From NCBI GenBank assembly GCA_051313645.2, contig JBNRSN020000018.1, positions 113,212,001-113,276,000 of the forward strand: a stretch of DNA of 64,000 nucleotides, read 5' to 3'. This document shows positions 27,871-38,847 of this stretch, piece by piece. Position numbers and translations under genes: made by a program. Within the stretch, counting starts at the first letter, position 1, and every line of letters starts with the position of its first letter. The notes below the pieces were generated by a model that saw nothing but the letters and a program-made list of their open reading frames with translations, did no database searches and was not told where the DNA came from. The DNA is from Centroscyllium fabricii. Lineage: Eukaryota.

Positions 27871-28159
27871 AAGAGAAGCTGACTTAAAGAACCCCTGCAA
27901 GAAGTCACACAACACCAGATTATAGTCCAACAGTTTTATGTTAAATCACAAGCTTTCGGAGCGTTCGCCCCTTCGTCAGGTGGAAAGAGAGACTGACCCT
28001 GACGAAGGGGCGAACGCTCCGAAAGCTTGTGATTTAAAATAAAACTGTTGGACTATAATCTGGTGTTGTGTGACTTCTTGCAATTGTCCACCCCAGTCCA
28101 ACACCGGCACCTCCACATTAAAGAACCCCATATGTGCGTTCTTTAAGTCAGCTTCTCTT

Positions 28160-28197
28160 TCACCTGACGAAGGGGCAGAAGCTCCGAAAGCTTGTGA
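28160..28197 (+). ncRNA. Minimal hammerhead motif (upstream tandem copy at ~27995-28032)
   Basis: TCAC CTGACGA A GGGGC AGAA GCTCC GAAA GCTT GTGA: helix I UCAC/GUGA, palindromic AAGCUU helix III. Confidence 0.72.
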
Positions 28198-29282
28198 TTT
28201 AAAATAAAACTGTTGGACTATAACCTGGTGTTGTGTGACTTCTTGCATTTGAATACTCCAGAGGCAGCTTAACCATTTCAAGGATCAATTTTGGGCCCGC
28301 CTGCAGAGGCCCTTGGAGAGGCCCCGGTTGGGGTAAGGACAACAGCAGGGGTGGTGGTGGGCGGGCGGGTGGGGGGACGGTGCGGAGAGGCTGATCACGG
28401 CCTGGCAGAGGCCCTCAGGTGTGCTGTGGTGCCAGGAGGAGCACCCATGCTCATCCTGACTCTACATCGAGCTGTAAAACCATTTTTTGACTTGACTTAT
28501 TGGTAGCGGCAGTGAGGTCATAAAACCTAGGCCCCTCATTGACATATGCAAAAGGCCTAATAGGCGGCTGCCAGTGGCGCCTGAAAAATTGCCTGACCAA
28601 ATATGAGGTTGGACATATTTCAGGCATCCTCGGGCACGGGACATAACTCCGCAAAATTGGTACTTTTTAGCCCTATTTTCTGCCTGGAAAACAGGTACAA
28701 TGAGGACCAATTTCTTCCCCCACATCTTTCACATTCTTCTTTTCTTTCCAGATTTGTTGTGTGCCTTCTTCCCTCTGAAATATACCATTCTGCATCTCTG
28801 ACTAGGAGTGCAGGGAACGATAGGCTCTCAGGCCCATCAATGCCACTGGATACTTGTTGGTACAGGGTGGTTCTCCCACACATCAAGTTGAATCTCCTTT
28901 CCAATCCCCTCCCCCATCCACCAGCAGAAAGGCCTTACCTTTACTCGGCACCTTCTCAGTTGGATTTATTTCATTTGAAACCTCATCTCTGCTTCAAGCC
29001 TGACTCCTATTGCCATAGTGCTGCATATCGCGACTCTCAATTGGTGCAGCTACATTATTTTAGGCTCCTTGACTTAAATATTTCTCAGAAATTTCAAGCA
29101 CCGATATATCACAGTTCAAAGTAGTCATGTAGGATCAGTATTGGGAGATAGTCACGAAAAATTCCAATAAGGAATTCAGGAGAAACTTCTTTACTCAGAG
29201 AGTGGTGAGAATGTGGAACTCGCTACCACAGGGAGTGGTTGAGGTGAACAGCAGAGATACATTTAAGAGGAATCTAGAAATA

Positions 29283-29677
29283 CAGGTTGAGCACCGTTAA
29301 TCCGGACACCGTTTGTCCGGCAACTTCAAACGTCCGGCATGCGCAAAATGGCCACCGCGCTTGGCTGCGTATGCCCAGGCCTCTGCCCGACTGCCCTGTG
29401 CTTGCGCAAAATGGCTGCCGTGCGTGACTGCGCATGCCCAGGCCTCCCCGACTGGTCTGCACATGCGCAATATGGCCGCCGCGCTTTGCTGCGCATGCCC
29501 GGGCCTCTCCCCAAATGATTGATGCTTCGGCGAGCGCATGCGCAGACCATTCAATATTTTGCGGCGGCCATTTTGAATGGTCTGCGCATGCGCTCGCCGA
29601 ACTTCAATCATTCGGAGTTTTCAAAAATTTGGCACGGTCCCGGTCCCGACCGTGCCGGATTAACGGTGCTCTACCTG
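29283..29677. mobile_element. Tigger-like MITE, subfamily B
   Basis: Same TIR and TA flanks. A different interior rich in GCGCATGCGC and AAAATGGCC motifs. Confidence 0.88.
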
Positions 29678-31384
29678 TAGTGAGAATGTGGAACTCGCTA
29701 CCACAGGGAGTGGTTGAGATGAATAGCAGAGATACATTTAAGGGGAATCTAGAAATATACATGAGAGAACGGAATAGAAGGATATGCTGAGAGGGTGAGA
29801 TGAAGAAGGCTGGAGGAGGCTCTTGTGGAGCATAAACTCTAGCACAGACCAGTTGGGCCGAATGGTTTGTTTCTGTGCTGTTAATTCTTTCTGTGCTGTT
29901 AATTCTATGTAATTGGATGACATCAGTCCATGAATGACATCTACTCATGATGCCCAGAGGGTAGAAGGTCAGTTCAGTTAGTTTTTAATCGGTAGTCACT
30001 CTTGACTAGTTGCATCCTGATTTCCATTGTGGTTGGAAATCAAGATTTGTGATGAGAATGGTAAGTGTGGCACAATGCCGTACCAACATGCGGTGCCAAG
30101 GGGTGACAGCATGTAGATTTTCACCCACCATTCACCACAGAACAAGCTGCTTTTTTTGGCTTCGCCATTGGGCAGAGCCACAGAGATGAGGCTCGTTACG
30201 TCCCTATAGGGAGGGATGGAAACCTGGGCCTCCATGGTGTCCTCCTAGCAGTTGGATCAACAGCAGCAATGGAAGAAGTTTGGGAGAGAATGTGGGAGCA
30301 CAGGAAGACCTGAAATGAGGGAAAGAAAATAAACACAATTGTGGAAAAAGAATAAAACATATGAAAACGGCAGACAGGAAAAGACTATCTAGCCGCTCCC
30401 ATATAGTCATGATGCCCTGCACATCATGATACAGATATTCCCCACCCACTCAGAGCCTTGTAATCGCCAGGGAGAGGTGAAAATCTAGGCTAACTTTGTA
30501 ACAAATAGATTTCACTCAGTAGGTGGGAGGAAATGCTCAGTTCTCAGGCAGTCCAAACAGTGGGGCGATGAAATTTAGTTTGCCTCTTGTGGTTCACCAC
30601 CTCAGAACAGCTGAATACAAATCTGTTCATCGTTCATTCACACAAGGAGTGGCTGATTCAGATCTAAGGAGTAATGTGTGCAGCTTGTGTCACTGTGCTG
30701 CATCCCCATGTAGCTCCTTGACTTGCGATTATAATTGCAGCAGAGTATATGGAAGGCATTACCACACAGGCACATTCAAAAGAAGTTAAGAGTGTCTATA
30801 CGGGCTTATTTAGAAATCGTGTGGAAGTCAGTTTGAAGCAGATCATGGTTATAATCATTTATTAAGATTAACTAAATATGCCCTGCACTGCACAGAATAT
30901 TAGATTATGCAACAGAGCTTTATTCACACTGAATCTAAGTTAACAGTCCCCCCCCATCCCAGATAAATGTAGCTCCTACTAGTGATGAAATGGGAAGCTC
31001 TGAGGATGCCAGGTGTACACTGATCGGCTACACTGATTGGCAAGTTTTTGTTCCTGAGGAACTCTGGTGTGGATTATACACCGAGCGTTCTGTGAAACTA
31101 CTCTGTAAACTCCTTTTACTGGAGCCCTTCTGACTTAGAAGCTCACTACTGTGATGTAGGTAATGCAGAGTGACATGAGGTTCTGCCTTTGACTTGTCCT
31201 ACTTGCCTGTGGGCATCTGTCAGTACTGCGTTGGATGGCAAGGCATTCCTGTACTGCCGCCCATCTGGCACCTGTGCAGCTGGATCCTTCGGTCTGAGGC
31301 GTGTAGTATGGTAATGTACCGCAAAGCTCAGACCTGACCTCAGTGGTCCAAGGAATATGCTGTACCTGATTCACATGGGAATCT

Positions 31385-31885
31385 TCTTAGGCAGTCGCTC
31401 GGAACCGAGGATGACTTGCTTCCACATTAAAAATGAGTTCTCAGGTGACTGATGAGTCCAATGAGGGACCTACAGTCTCTGTCACAGGTGGGGCAGACGG
31501 TGGTTGAAGGGGCGGGTGGGTGGGGTGTCTGGGTTGACGTGCGCTCCTTGCGCTGCCTGCGCTTGGCTTCCGCTGGCTCCCGGCGAAGAGACTCGAGGTG
31601 TTCGGCGCCTTCCCGGATGCTTCTCCTCCACTTTGTGCGGTCTTGGGCCAGGGATTCCCAGGTGTCAGTGGGGATGGTAGACTTTTTCAAGGAGGCTTTG
31701 AGGGTGTCCTTGAAGCGTTTCCTCTGCCCACCTGAGGCTCTCTTGCCGTGCCGGAGCTCTGAATAGGGCACTTGTTTTGGGAGTCTCGTCTCGGGCATGC
31801 AGACAAGGTGACCCGTCCATCGGAACTGATTGGGCGTGGTCAAAGCTTTGATGCAGGGGATGTTGGCCTGAGCAAAAACACTGAA
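31385..31885 (-). mobile_element. RTE-clade LINE 3' fragment
   Basis: RWTGHLVCMPETRLPKQV.YSEL..GKRASGGQRKRFKDTLK..WESLAQDR..CPTC..GLISHLRTH. Confidence 0.88.
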
Positions 31886-32559
31886 TGCAGGCTACCTGAA
31901 GACCAGAAGCCTAGCCAGCTGGGAGCGTGCAGAGTTTAACTGTTTCTCCAACAACAACCTGCATTTATATAGCGCCTTTAACATAGTAAAACATCCCAAG
32001 GTGCTTCACAGGAGTGTAATCAGACAAAAATTGACACTGAGCAAAAGAAGACATTAGGACAGATGACCAAACACATGGCCAAAGAGGTAGGGTTTAAGAG
32101 GGGCCTTAAAGGAGGAGAGAGAGGCGGAGAAGTATGGGGAGGAATTTCCAGAGCTTAGGACCAAGATGGCAGAAGGCACGGCCACCAAGAGTTGGAGGAA
32201 CGCACAGATCACGGAGGGTTGTGGGGCTGGAGGAGGTTACAGAGATAGGGAAGGGCGGAGCCATGGAGCGATTCGAACAACAATCCAACATCTGAAGACA
32301 TGCCCCTGCTTGAGGGAAATAACAATTACGCTGCCCTTTTTGGATGTCGGAATAATCCCGGAATCAGCCAAAATCTCACTTTCAAAATGCAGCGTATGTA
32401 GCCCAGTTCATGCCAGAGTGAAAGTAGCTCCTGAGCCTGGTATGGGTCACTTAGGAGCTCCGGCTTTAAACCTGATGCCGGTTCCCTCGATTCTGTCGGC
32501 CACACCTTTTCCTGATCTTGTGTTTGGTTCAGAGCCCTCATCAGGTGCTGACCTGCGCA

Positions 32560-33545
32560 ATACCGTCTTTCAGATGAGACGTTAAACCGAGGCCCCATCT
32601 GCCCTCTCAGGTGGATGTAAAAGATCCCGCGGCGCTATTGGAAGAAGAGCAGGGGGAGTTCTCCCCGGTGTCCTGGCCAATATTTATCCCTCAACCAACA
32701 TCACTAAAATAACAGTTTATAAGATAAGATAAGATAAGATTCAATTTATTGTCATTGTAAAGTGAACATACACAGAACAACGAGATGCAAACATGCAATC
32801 TCCCAAATTATTAAATGGCCTTGGTCCCAGTCTGATCCTTTCCATCCCACCAGGCGCTGCAGCCACGATGCCAGGGGAGTGGACAGAGCAAACCCCTGTT
32901 CCATCTCACCGAGCCCGACGGCACCACGACTCCTCGAGGCCCACGGCTCTCCTGAGGCCCACGGCCCGACGGCTCCTCGAGCCCCACGACTCCTCGAGCC
33001 CCACGGCTCTCCCGAGGCCCACGGCCCGACGGCTCCTCGAGCCCCACGGCTCTCCCGAGGCCCACGGCCTGACGGCTCCTCGAGCCCCACGGCTCTCCCG
33101 AGGCCCACGGCCCGACGGCTCCTCGAGCCCCACGGCTCTCCCGATGCCCACGGCCCCACGAGGCCCGACGACTCTTCGAGCCCGCTCTCAGCACCCCGGC
33201 GCTCCGACGACCGCGACGGCTTGTTCAGCACCGGTGCCCCGATTGAGGAGCACCGGTGCTCCACTCCACCGACCCCGCCGTCCTCTCCAGGAACAGTGCG
33301 GGACCAGGGACACTAAAAAAACGGGAGACGCAAAGCAGCTGCGTCTATGCGCGCCGCCATCTTGCCAAGTGTATCTGGTCACTTATCTCATTGCTGTTTG
33401 TAGGAACTTGCTGTGCTCATATTGGCTGCCCCGTTCCACACATTACAACAGTGACTACACTTCAAAAAGTACTTCATTGGCTGTAAAGTGCTTTAGGACA
33501 TCCTGAGGTTGTGAAAGGAGCTATATGAATGCCAGTTCCTTCCTT
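32560..33545 (+). mobile_element. Deu-domain SINE interrupted at 32721-33370
   Basis: Deu motifs on both sides of the insertion. Confidence 0.75.
32721..33370 (-). mobile_element. Non-autonomous Rex/Babar-tailed retroelement with a 43-bp VNTR
   Basis: Same 5' and 3' ends as 16724-17731, TAT TSD, unit CCACGGCTCTCCCGAGGCCCACGGCCCGACGGCTCCTCGAGCC. Confidence 0.75.
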
Positions 33546-33552
33546 CCCAATA

Positions 33553-34332
33553 CAGGTTGAGCACCGGTAATCGGGCACCCTCGGGACCGGGCTGGTGCCG
33601 GACCACTGAAAATTCAGAACCACTGAAAGTTTGGGGGGAGTGCGCGGTAGAACACTCCCCGGGGCCCGGAGCGCATGGTAGAACACTCCCCGGGGCCCAG
33701 AGCGCACAGGTAGATCACTCCCTGGGGCCCGGAGCGTGCAGGTAGAACACTCCCCAGGGCCCGGAGCGCGCAGGTAGATCACTCCCCGGGGCCCGGAGCG
33801 CGCAGGTAGAACACTCCCCGGGGCCCGGAGCGCGCGGGTAGAACACTCCCCAGGGCCCAGAGCGCGCGGGTAGATCACTCCCCGGGGCCCGGAGCGCGCA
33901 GGTAGAACACTCCCCAGGGCCCAGAGCGTGCGGATAGAACACTCCCCGGGGCCCGGAGCTCGCGGGTAGAACACTCGCCGGGGCCCGGAGCGCGCGGGTA
34001 GAACACTCCCCAGGGCCCGGAGCGCGCAGGTAGAACACTCCCCGGGGCCCGGAGTGCGCGGGTAGAACACTCCCCGGGGCCCAGAGCGCGCGGGTAGAAC
34101 ACTCCCCGATGCCCAGAGCGCGCGGGTAGAACACTCCCCGGGAGGGAGCCCAGGGATAGAACACTTGCAAGCCCTAAAAAAATCAGAAACCCAAACGCCC
34201 GACGCCTTCGGCGCTCGCCAAGCCTTCGCGGGAAACGGTAGCGCCGCCGAGCGGCTGCTCCACAAACTGAAGACCGCCGGTTTCAATTCGTGCCGGACCA
34301 CTGAAGGTGCCGGATTACCGGTGCTCAACCTG
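33553..34332. mobile_element. Tigger-like MITE, subfamily A, with an expanded 32-bp minisatellite
   Basis: TIRs plus TA TSD. About 15-16 copies of GGTAGAACACTCCCCGGGGCCCGGAGCGCGCG at ~33646-34140. Confidence 0.9.
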
Positions 34333-36304
34333 TACTGAAAAAAATGGCATTTGCCACTGTGGGTCTACATGCAATAGGAAAAGAACATCGTCTCACTGGG
34401 CAGCTGGACTAACCCATCTGCTCGCACACAATATTCTCAGTTTAGGTTAGGGCGCTAGGTCTCAGCAAATCTGAATAGATTATTAAAAAATGGACTGTTA
34501 ACTGAAACATGAATATATTAGTTGAGTCATATTACATTCTGCACACTTCCAACCTTACCTGAAGCTCACTGAACAGAGTTAGGGAACATTGAAAGTGTCC
34601 ATGTACGGTGCACATAATGTAGAATATACGATGTTGTCAGCACACATAATGTCTAATTTCTTGCATTGTTAATTGAAGTAGGCAATTGAGCTGCCAAATT
34701 AAATATTCATATAATTTAATTTAACCATTTGTTTGAGGCCATTAAAACTGTCATGTTTAACGATTTACTGATGTTGATAAACTTACACTGTCGTATTTTT
34801 CAATGAACCGCCCAGGGAACTGAGCCCTGGTTATACTTATAACATTTAGCGACCAACCAGACATGCTCCACACTGCGGCCATGATGTGAGTGTTTGGTTT
34901 CACACTCACTGCCAGTTGTTAGTGACCATGGATACAGTTGTATCATTAGTCAAAAGAAATGGATGATGTCGAACACTGTAAGAACAACACAGCTGTTCTT
35001 TGTTTATGCTGAGAATATAGTAAAATGGCACAAAGTGTGCTTTGTTGCAGATCCATTTACCTTCATTTCTGTCTTGAGCAGCACGCTTCATTTGCTAACT
35101 TGCAGATTGAAAAGTTTTGCAGACAGAAAGAAAGGCTTGCATTTATTTAGCAACTTTCACATCCTCAGGATGTCCCAAAGCGCTTTACAGCCAATGAAGT
35201 ACATTTTTTTGAAGTGCAGTCACTGTTATATTGTAGGGAAGCACAGCAGCCAATTTACGCACTGCAAGGTACCACAAACAGCAAGGAGATTAATGGCCAG
35301 ATAATCTGTTTTAGTGATGTCGATTGAGGGATAAATGTTGGCCAGGACACCAGGGATAACTCGCCTGCTCTTCTTCGAAATAGTGCCGTGGGATCTCTTA
35401 CGTGCACCTGAGAGAGCAGACGGGGCCTCGGTTTAACGTCTCATCTGAAATTGAGAGCAAACTATTAAGTAAAATGGGACATTTAAAACTCAATCCTTTT
35501 TTTACACCCCAACACTTATGGCCCATGGGTAAAATCGTGCTGTGTGATATTATTGCACAAACATTGAACAGGTTTGTACAAAATTCTTTTGTCTGCTCCG
35601 TTAACAGAGGTGTTACCCACATCATTTTAAACATGTTAAAATAGCAGACAATGGAATTTCGTACAAAGCTATTAAAAATTTATATACTGATGTCGTAGTG
35701 CAGTTCATCCCACTAGTTTTTAAAACCCCAGCCTTTGAAAATCCTCCCACTCCAGTGTCTCATTATGTCAGATTCTTAGTCTGATTTTAAACCTGGCTAT
35801 GTTACCATCTGTCTAGTATGCATTTAATATACACATAGCCCACACTCTGAAGTATTCAAACATTAAGCTTTAATTCACTTTTAAACAAAAACAATTTTAA
35901 GAAAACATTGACGAGACACAGTTCATACTTCACAGTTCATACTTGACAGGAAGTCAGAAGAAAACTTGTTATGAATCAATACCTGAGGGAGCTTGGTGCA
36001 GCACTGGATTAACACATTGTCCTTTCCTTTGGGACCTGGCTTTGCTTCCAGACCAGACTGACTTGATAATAGAGTCTTTGTTATTAAGGCTCCTAAGTGG
36101 GCAGTTATAATCCAGTTCCCAGCAATGTACAACTGCCCATACATCTGCACTAAAGCGGCAGATACGTTTTGATTCATTTGTGCTGAGATGAATCGAGCAA
36201 CGAACTAACAAACTTAGGACATAAGGAATAGAACTGTATTGGCACATGGAGACGTGGAAAGGGACCTGGAAGTAACAGTCGACAGGCATTTGAACAGCGC
36301 CTTT

Positions 36305-37327
36305 CAATTCAATTCAATTCAAATTGCTTTATTGGCATGACAAGATACATCCTATGTTGCCAAAGCACAGAAAAAGAACATATACAGTTGGACATACAAA
36401 TGCATAACCAGACGTATTGAATGAATAACTATGCATACACATACACATAAAAACCCGCATATAGATCTAAAAAGAACATATACAATAGGACATACAAATG
36501 CATAACCAGACGTATTGAATGAATAGCTACGCAAACACATACATTTATACCAGCATATAGATCTTGTATGCTCTTCCTAGCTTCAATGGTCACTGGTTGT
36601 CCCTCTGCTTATGGCAAGCTGTGACGTAGTTTGCCGCTAATTTTATACAGTCCCTCTGTTCCCCCAATAGATATGGGAGTTTTTGGTGGTCGTTCAAATT
36701 TTTGAATTCAGGGCATGTTGTTGCAAATTTTGGGAAGAAATTTCCCCTTATTCCCTGATAGTTTTTGCAAGTTGTGAGGAAGTGCAGCTCTGTCTCCACC
36801 ACTCCCTGACTGCAGTGGGAGCACAGCCTTTCCTCTCTGGGCAGCCAAGTCTTTCTGTGTCTGCCTTTTTCGATGGCTAGGCTGTGCTCGCTAAGTCTGT
36901 ACATTGTCAGGGTTTTTCTCAGTTTGCTATCTTTCACCATGGTCAGGTAATCAGCCATGGTATACTGTCTGTTTAGGGCCAAATAACAATCTAGTTTGTT
37001 TTGGGTTTTTGTCATTTCTGTCCAGTAATTCAAGTATTTTTCTTTTTGTTTAGTAATAATTGTGTTGGGTTGGATTCTGAGTGCTAGGACGTCACTGTCC
37101 TGGGGCTGGTTGTTACCAGTAGTGTTAGTAGTTACTCCACTAAATTGGTTGTTACCAGTAGTGTTACTAGTTACTTCGCTAAGTCCCAGAACGAGTTGGC
37201 TGAGGGGACTTCTCTTTATGTTCGCTTCTTGGCATTTCAGGGCTTTGTAGTGATAGCTGTGGGGGTTGCTCAGTTTTAGATGTTTCCAGAATTTGATTGC
37301 TCTTTTTTGGATATTAATTATTAATTC
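36305..37327 (-). mobile_element. RTEX-like non-LTR retrotransposon 3' fragment with a CCHC finger
   Basis: YRLSEHSLAIEKGRHRKTWLPREERLCSHC..ETELHFLTTC and a CATGCCAATAAAGC..(TTGAA)n tail. Nested in a Deu SINE (36285-38550). Confidence 0.75.
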
Positions 37328-37482
37328 CTTTCACTACCTCCGGATGTCCCAAAGTGTTTTACTGCCAGTGAAGTAGTTTTGAAGTGTAGTCACTGTTGTA
37401 ATGTAGGAAACTTGGCAATTTGCACACAGCAAGATCCCACAAACGGCAATGAGATAAATGATCTGATAATCTGTTTTAGCGA

Positions 37483-37692
37483 AATAACAACAGAAAACGC
37501 TGGAAAAACTCCGCAGTTCAGGCAACATCCGTAAGAGAGACATAGGAGTCAACGTTTCGGGTCGTTTCCTTTATCAACCCGAAACGTTGACTCCTATTTC
37601 TCTCTTACGGATGTTGCCTGGCCTGCTGAGTTTTTCCAGCATTTTCTGTTGTTATTTCAGATTTCCAGCATCTGCCGTATTTTGTTATCATC
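37483..37692. mobile_element. Penelope family B inverted terminus
   Basis: Inverted arms. 14-bp TSD ATCTGTTTTAGCGA at 37469-37482 and 37693-37706. Confidence 0.8.
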
Positions 37693-37858
37693 ATCTGTTT
37701 TAGCGATGTTGGTCGAGGGATTAAATTGGCCAGGACACGGGACAACTGGTACTCTTCTACAAAATAGTGCGCGGGATCTTTTACGTCCACCTGACGGGGC
37801 AGAAAGGGCTTGGGTTTAACGTCCCATCTGAAAGACAGCACCTCCGACTAGCATCTGA

Positions 37859-38456
37859 AGGCCCTGTCACACCTAGACGTTTTAGCCAGCGTATGCAAAT
37901 TTGGCTAAAACGCTGAACTTTTGACTTTTTTTCAGTTTTGGGCGTATAATAGCGTATTCATAACGTATGCATAACGTATTAGTAACGTACACAGAACGTA
38001 TCGATAACTTACAGATAACTTATACCAACGAATGCTTAGTGTGTTGTCGGCGTTCTCAACTTATGCCCAACGATAGTCTAACGTATGCATAGCGCGCGGC
38101 AGCGTATCGCCGACGTTTTAGATAAATGTTGATACGTTGGCATACCAAATCGTCAAGGTGTGACAGGGCATGACAGGGGCACAGGTAAGGTGTGTTGAAC
38201 GATCGCCTAACGTGCCTACAACGTATGGCCAGCGTATGCGGAACGTGTGAATCATACGCTAGATACGTCGAGATTTTTTGTGCATGCTCAAAAATTCTCG
38301 ACTTACTCGAAGTACAACGACGTATGCAACTTATGGCCAGCGTATGCCAGCGTTCTCGTAACGTATGTATAACGTACCCATAACGTATCCGACGTAACCC
38401 AGCGTTTTAGCCAAATTTGCATACGCTGGCTAAAACGTCTAGGTGTGACAGGGCCT
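37859..38456. mobile_element. PIF/Harbinger-type MITE
   Basis: Perfect 57-bp TIRs (AGGCCCTGTCACACCTAGACG...), 3-bp TSD TGA, internal (A/G)CGTAT repeats. Confidence 0.85.
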
Positions 38457-38847
38457 TGACATCAGCCTAGATTAAATGCTCAAGACCCTGGAGTAGGTTT
38501 AAACCCACAGCCTTGTGACTCATGGCAAGAGTGCGACCATTGATCCAAGGCTAAGTTGTTATAGCGGTAGTAAAACTTAAGCTTCTCTAATCTTTCCTGA
38601 CAGCTCACCTCCTTTGCGCTTGGGATCAGTGCTGTTGCAATTTTCTGTACACTTTCTAATGCATGTATATTTTTTGTGGCACGGTGACTAAAGCTGAACA
38701 GTTGTCTAAGTGTAAGTTCTGGAGACTTACTCTACGGTTTTGGCTGTTGATGCCAGCAGTCTATTAGCCCTATTAATTGTCTAGTCTTTTACTACCGCTA
38801 TAACAACTTAGCACTTTTAACACAGAAAAATGACACACAAAGGGTAA

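Larger units (their letters stand above)
27748..28245. mobile_element. Penelope family A terminal array (two tandem plus two inverted pLTR pieces)
   Basis: Four copies of the terminal motif. Imperfect ~17-bp TSD CATTTGAATA(TG/CT)CCAGA at 27731-27747 and 28246-28262. Confidence 0.85.
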
